A stretch of 64,000 bases of DNA from Clostridia bacterium (GCA_017450965.1 JAFSSQ010000080.1:19330-83329); one strand, 5' to 3'; positions 10,078 to 20,520 are shown, counted from the first letter of the stretch. The notes: generated from the letters alone by a model not told the origin. Made by a program: numbers and translations.

Positions 10078-10097
10078 AACACGGAAAGGAGGCGCCT

Positions 10098-13000
10098 ATG
10101 CGGGATTTTGTCCATCTGCATCTGCACAGCGAATACAGTCTGCTTGACGGCGCCTGCCGGATCAAAAACATTCCGAAGGCGGCAAAAGAAGCCGGCCAGG
10201 ACGCGGTCGCGATCACCGATCACGGCTCGCTTTTCGGCGCGGTGGACTTTTTCCGCGCCTGCGAAGCGGAGGGAGTGAAGCCGATCATCGGCTCCGAGGT
10301 CTACGTGGCGCCCGATTCCCGCCTGAAAAAAGAAGGGAAGAAGGATTCCTCCGGCCATCACCTGATCCTCCTTGCCAAAAACGAGGAGGGGTACCGCAAC
10401 CTCTGCAAAATTGTCTCTGACGCGTACGTAAACGGCTTTTACGTCAAGCCGCGTACCGACAACGCGATGCTCGAGCGGCACGCGGAAGGGCTGATCGCGC
10501 TTTCCGCCTGCCTCGCCGGGTATATCCCGCGGCAGATCGCGGCGGGGAACTTTGAGGAGGCGGAGCGCTACGCGCTCTACCTGCGGCGCGTCTTCGGGGA
10601 AGAGAACTTCTATCTCGAGGTGCAGGATCACCGCATCCCCGAGCAGGCCGCGGTCAATCAGGGGATCTTTGCGATCGCCGAAAAAACGGGGATCCCCGTC
10701 GTGTGCACCAACGACGTGCACTATCTGAGAAAAGAAGACGCGTATACGCAGAAGGTCCTCACCTGCATCCAGACGAACAGCCTCGTTGCCGAGGGGAGCC
10801 CTCTCGGCTTTGAGACGGACGAGTTCTGGTTCAAGACGGGGGACGATATGGCGCTGATGTTCCCCTCGCATCCCGAGGTGCTGGAGAATACCCGCCGGAT
10901 CGCGGACGCCTGCTCCTACCGTTTTGAGTTCGGGAAGCTGAAGCTGCCCACCTTCGATACCGGAGCGGAAACGCCCGCCGGGATGCTCCGCCGTTTTGCA
11001 GAAGAAGGGTTGGAGCGCCGCGCGGCGGAGGGGTCGATCGATTTTTCTCTCCATCCGCGCGAGGCCTACGCCGAGCGGATCGAACACGAGCTTTCCATCA
11101 TCGAAAAGATGGGGTTCTGCGAGTATTTTCTCATCGTGCGGGACTTTGTGGTCTGGGCAAAAAAACAGGGGATCCCCGTGGGGCCTGGCAGAGGCTCGGG
11201 CGCCGGCAGTCTCGTTTCCTATCTGATCGGGATCACCGAGGTCGATTCTCTGGTATACGGGTTGCTTTTTGAGCGGTTTCTCAACCCGGAGCGCGTTTCG
11301 ATGCCGGATTTTGATATCGACATCTGCCAGATCCGGCGCGAGGAAGTGCTCCGTTACGTCAACGAAAAATACGGGGAGGATCACGTCTCCCAGATCATCG
11401 CGTTCGATACGCTCGCCCCTCGCGCGGCGATCCGCGACGTCGGACGCGCGCTCGGCGTTTCCTACGCCGAGGTGGACGAGGTCGCCAAGGCGATCCCGCA
11501 GATGATGAAAGTCTCTCTCGACGACGTGATGCAGGCCAAGGAGTTTTCCGATCTCTACCGGTCTTCCGCGACCGTCAAACAGATGGTGGATATCGCCGCC
11601 TCGCTTGAGGGGATGCCGCGCCACGCCTCCACCCACGCCGCCGGTGTCGTGATCACCGACCGGCCGGTGACCGACTATCTCCCCGTCGCCAAAAACGGGG
11701 ATACGATCGTCACCCAGTACGAAAAGGACAACGTGGAGGCGCTCGGGCTCGTCAAGATCGACTTCCTCGGGCTCCGGTATCTGACGATCATCCGGACGGC
11801 GGAGGATATGATCCGCGCGGACGAGCCGGATTTTGACGTTTCTCTCGTTCCGGAAAATGACAAAAAGGCGCTGCGCCTGATCGCGGAGGGGCGCACCTCC
11901 GGCATCTTCCAGCTCGAGTCCGCGGGGATGAAGCAGGTCCTCGTTCGCCTTGCCCCGGAAACGCTCGACGACGTGATCGCGGCGATCGCCCTCTACCGCC
12001 CCGGACCGATGGAGTCGATCCCGCGGTATATCGAATGCCGCCACCACCCGGAAAAGGTCTCCTACCGCCACCCGGCGCTCAAAGAGATCCTCGGATCCAC
12101 GCACGGCTGCATCGTCTATCAGGAGCAGGTGATGCAGATCTTCCGCCGGCTGGCGGGATACAGCTACGGGCAGGCGGATATCGTCCGGCGCGCCATGTCG
12201 AAGAAAAAGACCGACGTGATGGAGCGGGAAGGACAGAACTTCGTCGAGCGGGCGGTCGAGAACGGCGTCGACCGGGCCGCCGCGGAGGATATTTACGCGG
12301 ATATGGCGAACTTTGCGAAATACGCCTTTAATAAGAGCCACGCCGTCTGCTACGGCATCACCGCGTACCGCACCGCCTATCTGAAGGCGCATTATACCAA
12401 ATACTATATGGCGGCGCTGCTCTCCTCGGTCCTCGGGGATTTCCCCTCCACCGCCGCGTATATCTCCGAATGCGGGAAATACGGGATCCCGGTCCTTGCC
12501 CCCGACATCAACGAAAGCGGCGTCGGGTTTACGGTAAGCGGCAAGGGGATCCGATTCGGACTTCTCGCCGTCAAGGGGATCGGCGCCTCGCTTGTGCAGT
12601 CGATCGTGGAGGAGCGGAATAAAAAGCGCTTTGCCGGGTTTGAAGACTTCCTTGACCGCATGATCGCCGCCGGCGTCAGCCTCAACAAAAAGCAGCTTGA
12701 GATGCTGATCAAGTGCGGGGCTTTTGACTCGCTCGGCGTGTACCGCTCCCGCCTGATCGCCTCGTACGAAACGCTTCTCGATCAAAAAAACGACGCGGGC
12801 CGCCGCGGCACGGCGGGACAGCTCGATCTGTTCAGCTCCTACGAGGAGCTGGCGCCCGCGGTGTTCCGCTATCCGGAGATCCCGGAGTATTCGGCAAGAG
12901 AAAAGCTCGCGATGGAAAAAGAAAGCTCGGGGATGTATTTTTCCGGGCATCTCCTCGACGAATACTCCGAGGCGGAGGGGAGCGTTGAGCACGTCGAGAT

Positions 13001-13718
13001 CTCCGAGATCTTAAACGGAGACGGAGAGCGGGGAAACGACCGTCGGACCGTTTCCGTTCTCGGGATCGTCGCAAAGGTAACCGAAAAGATCACCAAAAAA
13101 GGCGACGCTATGGCGTTTTTGCAGTTTGAGGACCGCTACGCCGAAATCGAGGCGATGATATTCCCCAAACTCTACGAGCGGTGTCGATCCCTCATCCGTC
13201 CGGAGAGCGCGCTGCTTCTCACCGGCGAGATCTGCGAGAAGGAAAACGAACAGCCGAAGCTGCTTGTGAACGCCGTTACCCCTCTCTCGCGCAACGCAAA
13301 AGAAAAAACGAACGCCCCCTTCTCCGCCGGGGGAGCGGGCATGATCCCGCCCTCTTTCGGCGGGGCATCGGCGATGATGTACCGCGCCGTGATGGCGCGC
13401 GCGCAAAAGCCGGTCACGCTCGCGCAGGCGGAGGCTCCCGCCCCCGTCCGTCGTCCGGACGCACCGGCTCCGCAAAAGGAGAAGATTCCGGAAAAGCTCT
13501 GTTTGCGCGTTCCCGGGATCGATTCTCCCGCCGCCAAAAAAGCGAAAAACCTCGTCGAGATCTTCTGCGGCGGGACGCGGGTGCTGTTTTACGATTCGCT
13601 CGAAAAACGCTATCACGCCGTAAAAAACTACGGCGCCGATCTCGATCCCGTTCTCCTGCGCGAGCTGACCGCCCTTCTCGGGCGGGACAACGTCGTCGTT
13701 CTCTATCAGTCGGAGTAG
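10098..13718 (+). CDS. dnaE: DNA polymerase III subunit alpha (DnaE type)
   Basis: 1206 aa. PHP domain (FVHLHLHSEYSLLDG), palm motifs (MPDFDIDI, HAAGVVI), an HhH region and an OB fold. Confidence 0.96.
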   Translation: MRDFVHLHLHSEYSLLDGACRIKNIPKAAKEAGQDAVAITDHGSLFGAVDFFRACEAEGVKPIIGSEVYVAPDSRLKKEGKKDSSGHHLILLAKNEEGYRNLCKIVSDAYVNGFYVKPRTDNAMLERHAEGLIALSACLAGYIPRQIAAGNFEEAERYALYLRRVFGEENFYLEVQDHRIPEQAAVNQGIFAIAEKTGIPVVCTNDVHYLRKEDAYTQKVLTCIQTNSLVAEGSPLGFETDEFWFKTGDDMALMFPSHPEVLENTRRIADACSYRFEFGKLKLPTFDTGAETPAGMLRRFAEEGLERRAAEGSIDFSLHPREAYAERIEHELSIIEKMGFCEYFLIVRDFVVWAKKQGIPVGPGRGSGAGSLVSYLIGITEVDSLVYGLLFERFLNPERVSMPDFDIDICQIRREEVLRYVNEKYGEDHVSQIIAFDTLAPRAAIRDVGRALGVSYAEVDEVAKAIPQMMKVSLDDVMQAKEFSDLYRSSATVKQMVDIAASLEGMPRHASTHAAGVVITDRPVTDYLPVAKNGDTIVTQYEKDNVEALGLVKIDFLGLRYLTIIRTAEDMIRADEPDFDVSLVPENDKKALRLIAEGRTSGIFQLESAGMKQVLVRLAPETLDDVIAAIALYRPGPMESIPRYIECRHHPEKVSYRHPALKEILGSTHGCIVYQEQVMQIFRRLAGYSYGQADIVRRAMSKKKTDVMEREGQNFVERAVENGVDRAAAEDIYADMANFAKYAFNKSHAVCYGITAYRTAYLKAHYTKYYMAALLSSVLGDFPSTAAYISECGKYGIPVLAPDINESGVGFTVSGKGIRFGLLAVKGIGASLVQSIVEERNKKRFAGFEDFLDRMIAAGVSLNKKQLEMLIKCGAFDSLGVYRSRLIASYETLLDQKNDAGRRGTAGQLDLFSSYEELAPAVFRYPEIPEYSAREKLAMEKESSGMYFSGHLLDEYSEAEGSVEHVEISEILNGDGERGNDRRTVSVLGIVAKVTEKITKKGDAMAFLQFEDRYAEIEAMIFPKLYERCRSLIRPESALLLTGEICEKENEQPKLLVNAVTPLSRNAKEKTNAPFSAGGAGMIPPSFGGASAMMYRAVMARAQKPVTLAQAEAPAPVRRPDAPAPQKEKIPEKLCLRVPGIDSPAAKKAKNLVEIFCGGTRVLFYDSLEKRYHAVKNYGADLDPVLLRELTALLGRDNVVVLYQSE

Positions 13719-14089
13719 TCCTCGATCAGGGAGCAGAGCGCCCGGCCAGAATACAGGTAGATCCCCTGTTTCAGATAGCGGCGGTCGCTCTCGGGAAGGG
13801 AATAGACGTAAACGTCGAGCCTTTCTTCCTCCGTTTCCTCCGGACAGCGGAATACGCATACCTTGCCTTCGTATTCCTTGACGAGATAAAGCGCGTCGGC
13901 CTTGCTTGCGGCAGAGGCGGGCGCCTCCGCGCTTTCTTTCGCGGCGGTTTCCCCGGCGGCTTCCGCCGCGTCGGGGAAGCGGGAATAGGAAGAAACGGAC
14001 AGCGACGCGGAGGCCGCGCAGCAGATCACGCAGAAGGCGGCGGCAAGCCGGACGGGGCGGCAGATCAGTTTTTTTAAGAACGCTTTCAT
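13706..14089 (-). CDS. Hypothetical membrane-anchored small protein
   Basis: 127 aa. N-terminal hydrophobic segment (RLAAAFCVICCAASASL), an Ala/Glu-rich linker and a C-terminal domain ...YLVKEYEGKVCVF...SLPESDRRYLKQGIYLYSGRALCSLIEDYS. Convergent with dnaE, overlapping its end by 13 nt. No confident family assignment. Confidence 0.55.
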   Translation of the reverse strand: MKAFLKKLICRPVRLAAAFCVICCAASASLSVSSYSRFPDAAEAAGETAAKESAEAPASAASKADALYLVKEYEGKVCVFRCPEETEEERLDVYVYSLPESDRRYLKQGIYLYSGRALCSLIEDYSD

Positions 14090-14196
14090 TTTTTGTGTCC
14101 TTCCGATTCTTTTTTCATTATTCTTTACGGAAGTTCATAATTTATTCAAAATAATGGGTTACAATAACAGTAATCTTTGGGAAAGGACCGTCGACC

Positions 14197-16920
14197 GTGG
14201 ATCTGAAATCGTTACGTTACAAAAAACCGGCCAAAACGAAGACCGACTGGGGCGAAGAGCTGATCAAAGCGGCTGATATCGTCCGGCGCGTCTTTCTGCG
14301 CGTTTTTACGGTTTTGATCAATATCGTTCTCACCGTGCTTCTGATCGGGATCCTCACGGGGATCATCGCGGGGACGGCGTTTGCCATCTATATCCGCAAC
14401 TACGTGGATTCGACCGTGGACGAATCGCTCTTCGTGACCGGCGGGACCTCCCACACCACCCAGCTTTATTATTACGAGTTTTCCGACCGGGCCAACCGGA
14501 TCGGGGAAGCGGTGGAAATCGAAAACCAGCGTCTGATCGGGGAAAAGAACAGCCTTTGGGCGCCCCTCTCCTCGATCCCGAAGCACCTGCAGCAGGCGTT
14601 TATTTCGATCGAAGACAAGCGCTTCAACGATCACAAGGGGGTGGACTGGATCCGCTCTTCCAAGGCCGTGCTCAACTTTTTCCTCGGGTTTGACAGCTCC
14701 GCCGGCGGCGGCTCCACGATCACGCAGCAGCTGATCAAAAACACGACGCATTACGACGACGTGACGATCCAGCGCAAGGTCCAGGAGATGTTGATGGCGC
14801 TGAATCTGGAAAAGGTCAAGACAAAAGACGAGATCCTCGAGATGTATCTCAATATCGTTCCGCTCTCCCAGCGGTGCGAGGGCGTTCAGGCGGCGGCGAA
14901 CACCTATTTTAACAAGGACGTCAGCGAGCTCAGTCTGATCGAGTGCGTCTGCATCGCGTCGATCACCAACGCTCCCACCCGCTATGACCCGGTGCAGAAC
15001 CCGGAAAACAACGCCTACCGCCGGAATCTGATTCTCGATTTTATGCTGGAATTCGGCTGCATCTCCGAGGAAGAATATGAGGAAGCGTACACCGACATTA
15101 TCGTGACGGTGGGGGAAAACGAGAAGGTCAAAGACATCCAGATCGTCAAGGAAAAGCTGGTCCTGAATTTCCAGAACCCCGCGTCCGATACTATCTCCAC
15201 CAATTCCTGGTATACGGATACCGTCATCTCCGACGTGATCAACGATCTGGTCGAGCAGAAGAACATGACCCGCAGCGCCGCCAGCTCCCTCGTCTGGAAC
15301 GGCGGTCTGCAGATCTATACGCTGATGGATCCCCGGATCCAGAGCATCATGGAAGAGGCGTTCACCCACGACGAGTATTTTCCCGCCAACACCAGCGGCG
15401 TTGCCGCCGAGTGCGCGATGTGCGTCTGCGACCCGCAGACGGGGGATCTGCTCGGCGTCGTCGGCGCACGCGGCGTCAAAACGGAAAACCGGATCCTCAA
15501 CTACGCCACGCAGACCATGCGTCCGCCGGGATCCTCGATCAAGCCCCTCGCCGTTTACGGTCCCGCCATGCAGGAGGGCGTGATCACCTGGGCCACCGTG
15601 GAGGACGACACGCCGATCAACTTCGGACGCGGGAACAACGACCCCTGGCCGGATAACCTCCCGTACGTCTACGAAGGGCTGATCAATATCAAGTACAGCC
15701 TTGCGACCTCCAAAAACACCGGCTCCCTTAAGACCCTGACCGCGCTCGGGCTTGACACCTCCTTTGCGTATCTGAGAGACAAGTTCAAAATCTCGTCTCT
15801 TGTGGAAACCGGACATTACAGCGACGGTTCCACCTATACCGACAAAGGTCTTGCCGCGCTCGGACTCGGGCAGCTCTCCCACGGCGCGACCGTCCGGGAG
15901 ATGACGGCGTCCTATTGCGTCTTTCCCAACAAGGGCGTGGTCAGCAAATGCCGCTCCTATCTCCTTGTAACGGACGCGAACGGCAACAGCCTCCTCAATA
16001 ATCAGTATGAAGCGCGGGAGGTATTCAGCGAGCAGACCGCCTATATCATCACCCGGATCCTCGAGAACGTGGTGGATTGGGGTACCGCAACGAAGATCTC
16101 GCTCGACTCGTCGATCGACGTGGCGGGCAAAACCGGTACCTCGCAGTCCGATTACGACCGCTGGTTTATGGGGTATACCCCCTATTACGTCGGCGGCGTC
16201 TGGTACGGTTACGCCACGCCGAAGACGATGACGAACGAGCTGTGGTTCAGCCCCGCCAACCGGATGTGGGATATCGTGATGACCGCGGTCCACCAGCCGA
16301 TTCTGGATGACGCCGCGGCCGGCCGGACGACGATCCGCACCTGGGAGGAGCCCGCCAATATCGTGGAGGCGGTCTACTGCAAGGACTCCGGCAAGCTGAT
16401 GACCGAGGCCTGCCGCCTTGACCCGAGAGGGGACCGCTCGGAATCCGGCTACTTCGTTCTCGGGACCGAGCCGACCGAGTATTGCGACTGCCACGTGATC
16501 GTGGAATACGATTCTGTTACCGGCGCGATCGCGCACGCCGGCTGCCCGCGCGAGAATATCACCCGGGTCGGGCTGATCACCCTCAAGGAACAGCGCGTCT
16601 TCCCGATGCAGATCGCGGTGACCGACGCGGAGTACGTCTACCGCGAGCTGCCCGCAAACGTCCGCCCGGCCGCCTACGCCTACGAGCCCTACTTCCAGGG
16701 ACTGATCCCCTCCGGGGTCTACTGCGGTGTTTCCGGTTACTGGGGCGCCACGCAGTATAACCGATTCTGCACCGAGCATTTCAGTTACAGCAAGTACGAG
16801 TCGCACAACCTTTCTTCCTACCGCGGCGTTCACGCGGAAACCGTTCCGTCGGTCACGACGGAAACGGCGATGCTGCCGCCGGACGACCATCGGCGGCGGG
16901 AACGGGAAGCGATCCTCTGA
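14197..16920 (+). CDS. PBP1A-family bifunctional penicillin-binding protein (glycosyltransferase + transpeptidase)
   Basis: 907 aa with a GTG start and an N-terminal TM helix. GT51 motifs EDKRFNDHKGVD and GGSTITQQLIKN. Transpeptidase motifs SSIKP and KTGTS. Confidence 0.93.
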   Translation: MDLKSLRYKKPAKTKTDWGEELIKAADIVRRVFLRVFTVLINIVLTVLLIGILTGIIAGTAFAIYIRNYVDSTVDESLFVTGGTSHTTQLYYYEFSDRANRIGEAVEIENQRLIGEKNSLWAPLSSIPKHLQQAFISIEDKRFNDHKGVDWIRSSKAVLNFFLGFDSSAGGGSTITQQLIKNTTHYDDVTIQRKVQEMLMALNLEKVKTKDEILEMYLNIVPLSQRCEGVQAAANTYFNKDVSELSLIECVCIASITNAPTRYDPVQNPENNAYRRNLILDFMLEFGCISEEEYEEAYTDIIVTVGENEKVKDIQIVKEKLVLNFQNPASDTISTNSWYTDTVISDVINDLVEQKNMTRSAASSLVWNGGLQIYTLMDPRIQSIMEEAFTHDEYFPANTSGVAAECAMCVCDPQTGDLLGVVGARGVKTENRILNYATQTMRPPGSSIKPLAVYGPAMQEGVITWATVEDDTPINFGRGNNDPWPDNLPYVYEGLINIKYSLATSKNTGSLKTLTALGLDTSFAYLRDKFKISSLVETGHYSDGSTYTDKGLAALGLGQLSHGATVREMTASYCVFPNKGVVSKCRSYLLVTDANGNSLLNNQYEAREVFSEQTAYIITRILENVVDWGTATKISLDSSIDVAGKTGTSQSDYDRWFMGYTPYYVGGVWYGYATPKTMTNELWFSPANRMWDIVMTAVHQPILDDAAAGRTTIRTWEEPANIVEAVYCKDSGKLMTEACRLDPRGDRSESGYFVLGTEPTEYCDCHVIVEYDSVTGAIAHAGCPRENITRVGLITLKEQRVFPMQIAVTDAEYVYRELPANVRPAAYAYEPYFQGLIPSGVYCGVSGYWGATQYNRFCTEHFSYSKYESHNLSSYRGVHAETVPSVTTETAMLPPDDHRRREREAIL

Positions 16921-16926
16921 TTGCTC

Positions 16927-16955
16927 TTGACTTTTTTCCCGGGTCGCGGTATAAT
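16927..16955 (+). promoter_or_regulatory. Sigma-A-type promoter candidate
   Basis: TTGACT (16927-16932), 17 nt spacer, TATAAT (16950-16955), upstream of the lipoprotein gene at 17017. Confidence 0.6.
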
Positions 16956-17016
16956 GAGTTTGTATCATATTTCCCAAAAAAAGGAAAACGAAGATCTCAA
17001 AGGAGGAGATTTCAAA

Positions 17017-17451
17017 ATGAAAACGTTAAAGAAAACAATCGCCCTTTTGCTTTGCGCCATCCTCTCGCTTTGCCTCTTTGCCTGCGGAGGTTCCGACGAT
17101 CCCGCCGACACGACCGAAGCGGTGCCGGAGACCATCACGGTCAAGGTGACGGTCAAGACCGCGAGTGAGACGATCCTTGACAACCTGACGATCACGCTCC
17201 GCGACCGCGCCACCTGGCCGACCGTTCTCGACGCGCTTGCCCAGGCCTGCGATGCGTATGAGGTGAAGTATACGATCAGCAGCGATGGGCTGATGGCGGA
17301 GTCGATCAACGACCTCGGACAGACCGACGACGGGATGTTCTGGGCGTGGACCCTCAACGGCAAGGAAGTGTCCGGCCGCGCGGGCAACACCAGAGTTAAC
17401 GAGAACGATACGATCGTCTTTTCCTACGAGAACGTCGGCACATCCAAATGA
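17017..17451 (+). CDS. DUF4430-domain lipoprotein
   Basis: In-frame ATG at 17017 with AGGAGG 11 nt upstream. Signal/lipobox MKTLKKTIALLLCAILSLCLFAC. Body ...GLMAESINDLGQTDDGMFWAWTLNGKEVSGRAGNTRVNENDTIVFSYE resembles the transcobalamin-like DUF4430 fold. Confidence 0.7.
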   Translation: MKTLKKTIALLLCAILSLCLFACGGSDDPADTTEAVPETITVKVTVKTASETILDNLTITLRDRATWPTVLDALAQACDAYEVKYTISSDGLMAESINDLGQTDDGMFWAWTLNGKEVSGRAGNTRVNENDTIVFSYENVGTSK

Positions 17452-17459
17452 GGTGAATC

Positions 17460-17690
17460 GTGAAAACCGTTGAGATCAAACTGAGCACGATCGAAAACGT
17501 GCGTGATTTTGTCGATATCGTGACACGGCACGACGTGGATATCGATCTTTCCTCCGGACGGTACGTAGTGGACGGGAAGTCGATCATGGGACTTTTCAGC
17601 CTCGATCTCTTAAAGCCCGTCAAACTGACCGCGCACAGCGACGATTGCGACCAGCTCTTTGAGGAATTGAAACCGTTTATCGTCAAATAA
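17460..17690 (+). CDS. HPr-family phosphocarrier-like small protein
   Basis: 76 aa with a GTG start and a GAGGTG RBS. ...VRDFVDIVTRHDVDIDLSSGRYVVDGKSIMGLFSLDL... matches the HPr-like fold signature (DAKSIMG-type). Confidence 0.7.
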   Translation: MKTVEIKLSTIENVRDFVDIVTRHDVDIDLSSGRYVVDGKSIMGLFSLDLLKPVKLTAHSDDCDQLFEELKPFIVK

Positions 17691-17697
17691 CGGCGAA

Positions 17698-17725
17698 GGG
17701 GGAAAAGGAGTCTTTTCCCCCTTTT
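17698..17725 (+). terminator. Intrinsic terminator
   Basis: gggggaaaag-gagt-cttttccccc followed by TTTT, directly after the HPr-like gene. Confidence 0.8.
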
Positions 17726-17745
17726 CGTTTGATACAGGTGATGCT

Positions 17746-19095
17746 TTGAGTTACAAAAAACACATCAGTCCCGCCAAATTGATCACGCTCGGGTTTCTCC
17801 TTGTCATGCTGATTGGCGGCACGATCCTCTGCCTGCCGGTCTCCTCGCGCGCCGGGATCTTTACTTCGCCGCAGACCGCCTATTTCACCGCGGTCAGCGC
17901 CACCTGCGTGACCGGGCTTGTCATCGAGGATACCGCAACCTACTGGAGCACCTTCGGGCAGGTTACGATCCTTGTCATGATCCAGATCGGCGGGCTCGGC
18001 TTTATGAGTCTCGCCGTGATGCTTGCGGGGTTTCTCAAACGCGGGATCTCCCCCTACGAAAGCGTGATCGCGGCGCAGTCCTACGGTTTTTCCCGCTCCG
18101 GCGAGTCCGGGGAAATGCTGAAGTGGATCGCGGGCGGCACCTTTTCCCTTGAGTTTCTCGGCGCGCTGCTCCTCTCCATCCGTTTTATCCCGGAATACGG
18201 AGTGAAAAACGGCATCTACCGCAGCGTCTTCCTTTCGATTTCCGCGTTCTGCAACGCGGGCTTTGACATCCTCGGGGACCGGCACGGCGCCTTTTCCAGC
18301 CTGTTTGCGTACCGGGCGGATCCGCTCGTTTCGCTTGTGATCGTGTTTCTTATCCTGGCGGGCGGGATCGGGTTCCTCGTCTGGCGGGATCTCTTTGCCC
18401 GGCTGAAAGGGAAGCGGATCGGGAGCTATACCAAAATGATCCTGATCGTGTCCGCCGTCATGGTGGCGGGCGGGGCGATCTTCTTTGCCGCCTGCGAATG
18501 GAACAACCCGGAGAGCCTCGGCTCCCTCGGTTTTCCCGGCAAGCTGCTCGCTTCGCTCTTTCTATCCGTAACGCCGCGTACCGCCGGATTTGCCGGCATC
18601 CCGTTTGAGGCGCTCCGCCATCCGTCGCTCGTTCTTTCGATCCTCTGGATGTTCGTCGGAGGGGCTGCCGGCTCCACGGCGGGCGGCGCCAAGATGGGAA
18701 CGGTCGCCGTCGTTCTTCTCTCGATTTTTTCCACCCTCCGCGGAAAGAAGCGCACCTCGCTTTTCCGCCATACCATCCGCAACGAAAACGTCCTGCGCGC
18801 CTTTACCCTCGTTTTTCTGCACGCCGCGACGATCCTTGCCGGATCGCTCCTTCTCTCCGCGGACCCCGCCGCGGGATCCTTTTCCCGCGCGCTCTTTGAG
18901 GGGACGAGCGCCGCTTCCACCGTGGGACTTTCCCTCGGGATCACTCCCTCTCTCTCGCTCTTTTCCCATTTGGTACTGATGATTATGATGATCTTCGGCA
19001 GGATCGGGATTTTGACGATCTCCTGCTCGCTTTCGACCAAGCTTTCCCAAAAGGATAACGGGATCGTCTACGCCGAAACGGAGATCTTGATGTAA
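17746..19095 (+). CDS. trkH: TrkH/KtrB family potassium transporter membrane subunit
   Basis: 449 aa with a TTG start and multiple TM segments. Repeated pore-like motifs (TATCVTGL, ISAFCNAGF, TAGFAG, TVGLSLG). Followed by trkA. Confidence 0.9.
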   Translation: MSYKKHISPAKLITLGFLLVMLIGGTILCLPVSSRAGIFTSPQTAYFTAVSATCVTGLVIEDTATYWSTFGQVTILVMIQIGGLGFMSLAVMLAGFLKRGISPYESVIAAQSYGFSRSGESGEMLKWIAGGTFSLEFLGALLLSIRFIPEYGVKNGIYRSVFLSISAFCNAGFDILGDRHGAFSSLFAYRADPLVSLVIVFLILAGGIGFLVWRDLFARLKGKRIGSYTKMILIVSAVMVAGGAIFFAACEWNNPESLGSLGFPGKLLASLFLSVTPRTAGFAGIPFEALRHPSLVLSILWMFVGGAAGSTAGGAKMGTVAVVLLSIFSTLRGKKRTSLFRHTIRNENVLRAFTLVFLHAATILAGSLLLSADPAAGSFSRALFEGTSAASTVGLSLGITPSLSLFSHLVLMIMMIFGRIGILTISCSLSTKLSQKDNGIVYAETEILM

Positions 19096-19105
19096 CGGAG
19101 GAACT

Positions 19106-19768
19106 ATGAACAACAGTTTTTTGATCATCGGACTCGGTAAATTCGGCCTGACCCTGACGCGCCGTCTGGTGGCGGAGGGAAAGGACGTCGTCGTCATCGA
19201 CCGTGTCAAAAGCGCGATCGACGAGGTGGCGGACATCGTGACCTGCGGGATCTGCGGGGACCCGACGGACGAGGAGGTCCTGCGGGCGGCGGGCGTCCAG
19301 CTCTGCGACGTTGCGATCATCTCGATCGCCTCCGCGATCGACGACAGCGCGCTCATCACCGTTTTGCTTAAGGACAAATTCAAGATCAAAACGGTCATTG
19401 CCCGCGCCGGGAGCGAAAACCACACGCTGGTCCTGAAAAAACTCGGCGCGGACGCCGTGATCTTCCCGGAAAAGGATCTGGCGGAAAACCTTGCCTACCG
19501 TCTCTCTCATTCCCAGATCAGCCGCTATATCGAGCTCTCGCGCACCGGGCGGATCGTCGAGCTCGCCCTCCCGGAAAAATGGGAAGGGAAGAGCATCGTC
19601 GAGCTCCGCCTGCGCCAAAAATACGGCGTGACGGTGGTCGCCGTGACCGGACCGAAGGGCGAGGAGGATTATTCGCCCGATCCGACCGTTCCCCTTTACG
19701 CGGGGGAAAAGCTGATTCTGATCGGCAATGAAGAAAACATCGGCAAGATCGTCGATGCGCAGTCATAA
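19106..19768 (+). CDS. trkA: TrkA/KtrA potassium uptake regulatory subunit (RCK N+C domains)
   Basis: 220 aa with the Rossmann motif IIGLGKFGLTLTRRL and a C-terminal TrkA-C domain (GKSIVELRLRQKYGVTVVAV). Confidence 0.9.
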   Translation: MNNSFLIIGLGKFGLTLTRRLVAEGKDVVVIDRVKSAIDEVADIVTCGICGDPTDEEVLRAAGVQLCDVAIISIASAIDDSALITVLLKDKFKIKTVIARAGSENHTLVLKKLGADAVIFPEKDLAENLAYRLSHSQISRYIELSRTGRIVELALPEKWEGKSIVELRLRQKYGVTVVAVTGPKGEEDYSPDPTVPLYAGEKLILIGNEENIGKIVDAQS

Positions 19769-20486
19769 AGAAGAAAAGACCGTGAAAAAGCAAGGGACCG
19801 ACAAACGAAAAAAGATCCTCTACGGGATCTTGTTCGGGATTTTTGTTCTTCTTTCGATTTTTATCTTTTTTTATATCGGAAAACCGATGATCCGCTTTGC
19901 GTCCGAGCCGGAAAAGTTCCGCGAATGGGTGGACGGGCACGGCGTCGGCGGGCGGTTTGCCTACGTCGGTATGATCCTCCTTCAGGTGGTCGTGGCGATC
20001 ATCCCGGGCGAGCCCTTCGAGATCGCCGGCGGATACGCGTTCGGGGTCTGGGAGGGGACGTTCCTCTGCCTCGCGGCGGCGTCGGCGGGCAGCTTTCTCG
20101 TTTTCTCTCTCGTGCGGAAGTTCGGGGTCCGCTTCGTTTCCCTCTTTTTTGAAGAGGAGAAACTGGAAAAACTGAAGTTTTTGAAAAGCTCTCCCCGGCG
20201 GGATGTGATCTTCTTTTTTATCTTTATGCTTCCCGGCACGCCGAAGGATCTGCTCTCCTATTTTGCCGGATTGACGGACATGAAGTTTTCCACTTGGGCG
20301 CTGATCTCGGTCCTCGGCAGGATCCCGTCGGTCGTGACCTCCGTTGTCGGCGGCGCGGCGATCGGGGAGAAAAACTACAAGACGGCCGTTCTCGTCTTTC
20401 TCATCACTTTTGCCGTCAGCGTGGCGGGGATGCTCCTCTACGAGTATATCGTCAAAAAACGCTCCTCCAACCATACCGAAAAATAA
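19755..20486 (+). CDS. TVP38/TMEM64 (DedA-related) family membrane protein
   Basis: ORF 19728..20486 contains ...LLQVVVAIIPGEPFEIAGGYAFGVWEGTFLCLAAASAGSFLVFSLVRKFG... The start is uncertain (ATG at 19728, ATG at 19755 or GTG at 19782). Confidence 0.8.
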   Translation: MRSHKEEKTVKKQGTDKRKKILYGILFGIFVLLSIFIFFYIGKPMIRFASEPEKFREWVDGHGVGGRFAYVGMILLQVVVAIIPGEPFEIAGGYAFGVWEGTFLCLAAASAGSFLVFSLVRKFGVRFVSLFFEEEKLEKLKFLKSSPRRDVIFFFIFMLPGTPKDLLSYFAGLTDMKFSTWALISVLGRIPSVVTSVVGGAAIGEKNYKTAVLVFLITFAVSVAGMLLYEYIVKKRSSNHTEK

Positions 20487-20520
20487 AAGCAGGGGAAACC
20501 GGTCCGGTTTCCCCTGTTTT
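20486..20520. terminator. Bidirectional intrinsic terminator
   Basis: caggggaaaccgg / ccggtttcccctg hairpin flanked by an A-run and a T-run, between two convergent genes. Confidence 0.8.

Noticed and set aside
9858-12992. 1044-aa minus-strand ORF opposite dnaE. Similar long antisense ORFs occur at:
- 4469..6097
- 14212..16977
- 27207..29837
- 36733..37989
- 40947..42698
- 45600..47195
- 48088..49113
- 49883..52309
- 56873..58075
   Set aside because: Each lies exactly antisense to a CDS with unmistakable family motifs (DnaE, PBP1A, MutS2, AckA, SecA and others). Their translations are Arg/Gly/Pro/Asp-rich low-complexity strings with no motifs. This is the usual stop-codon-poor antisense frame of high-GC DNA.
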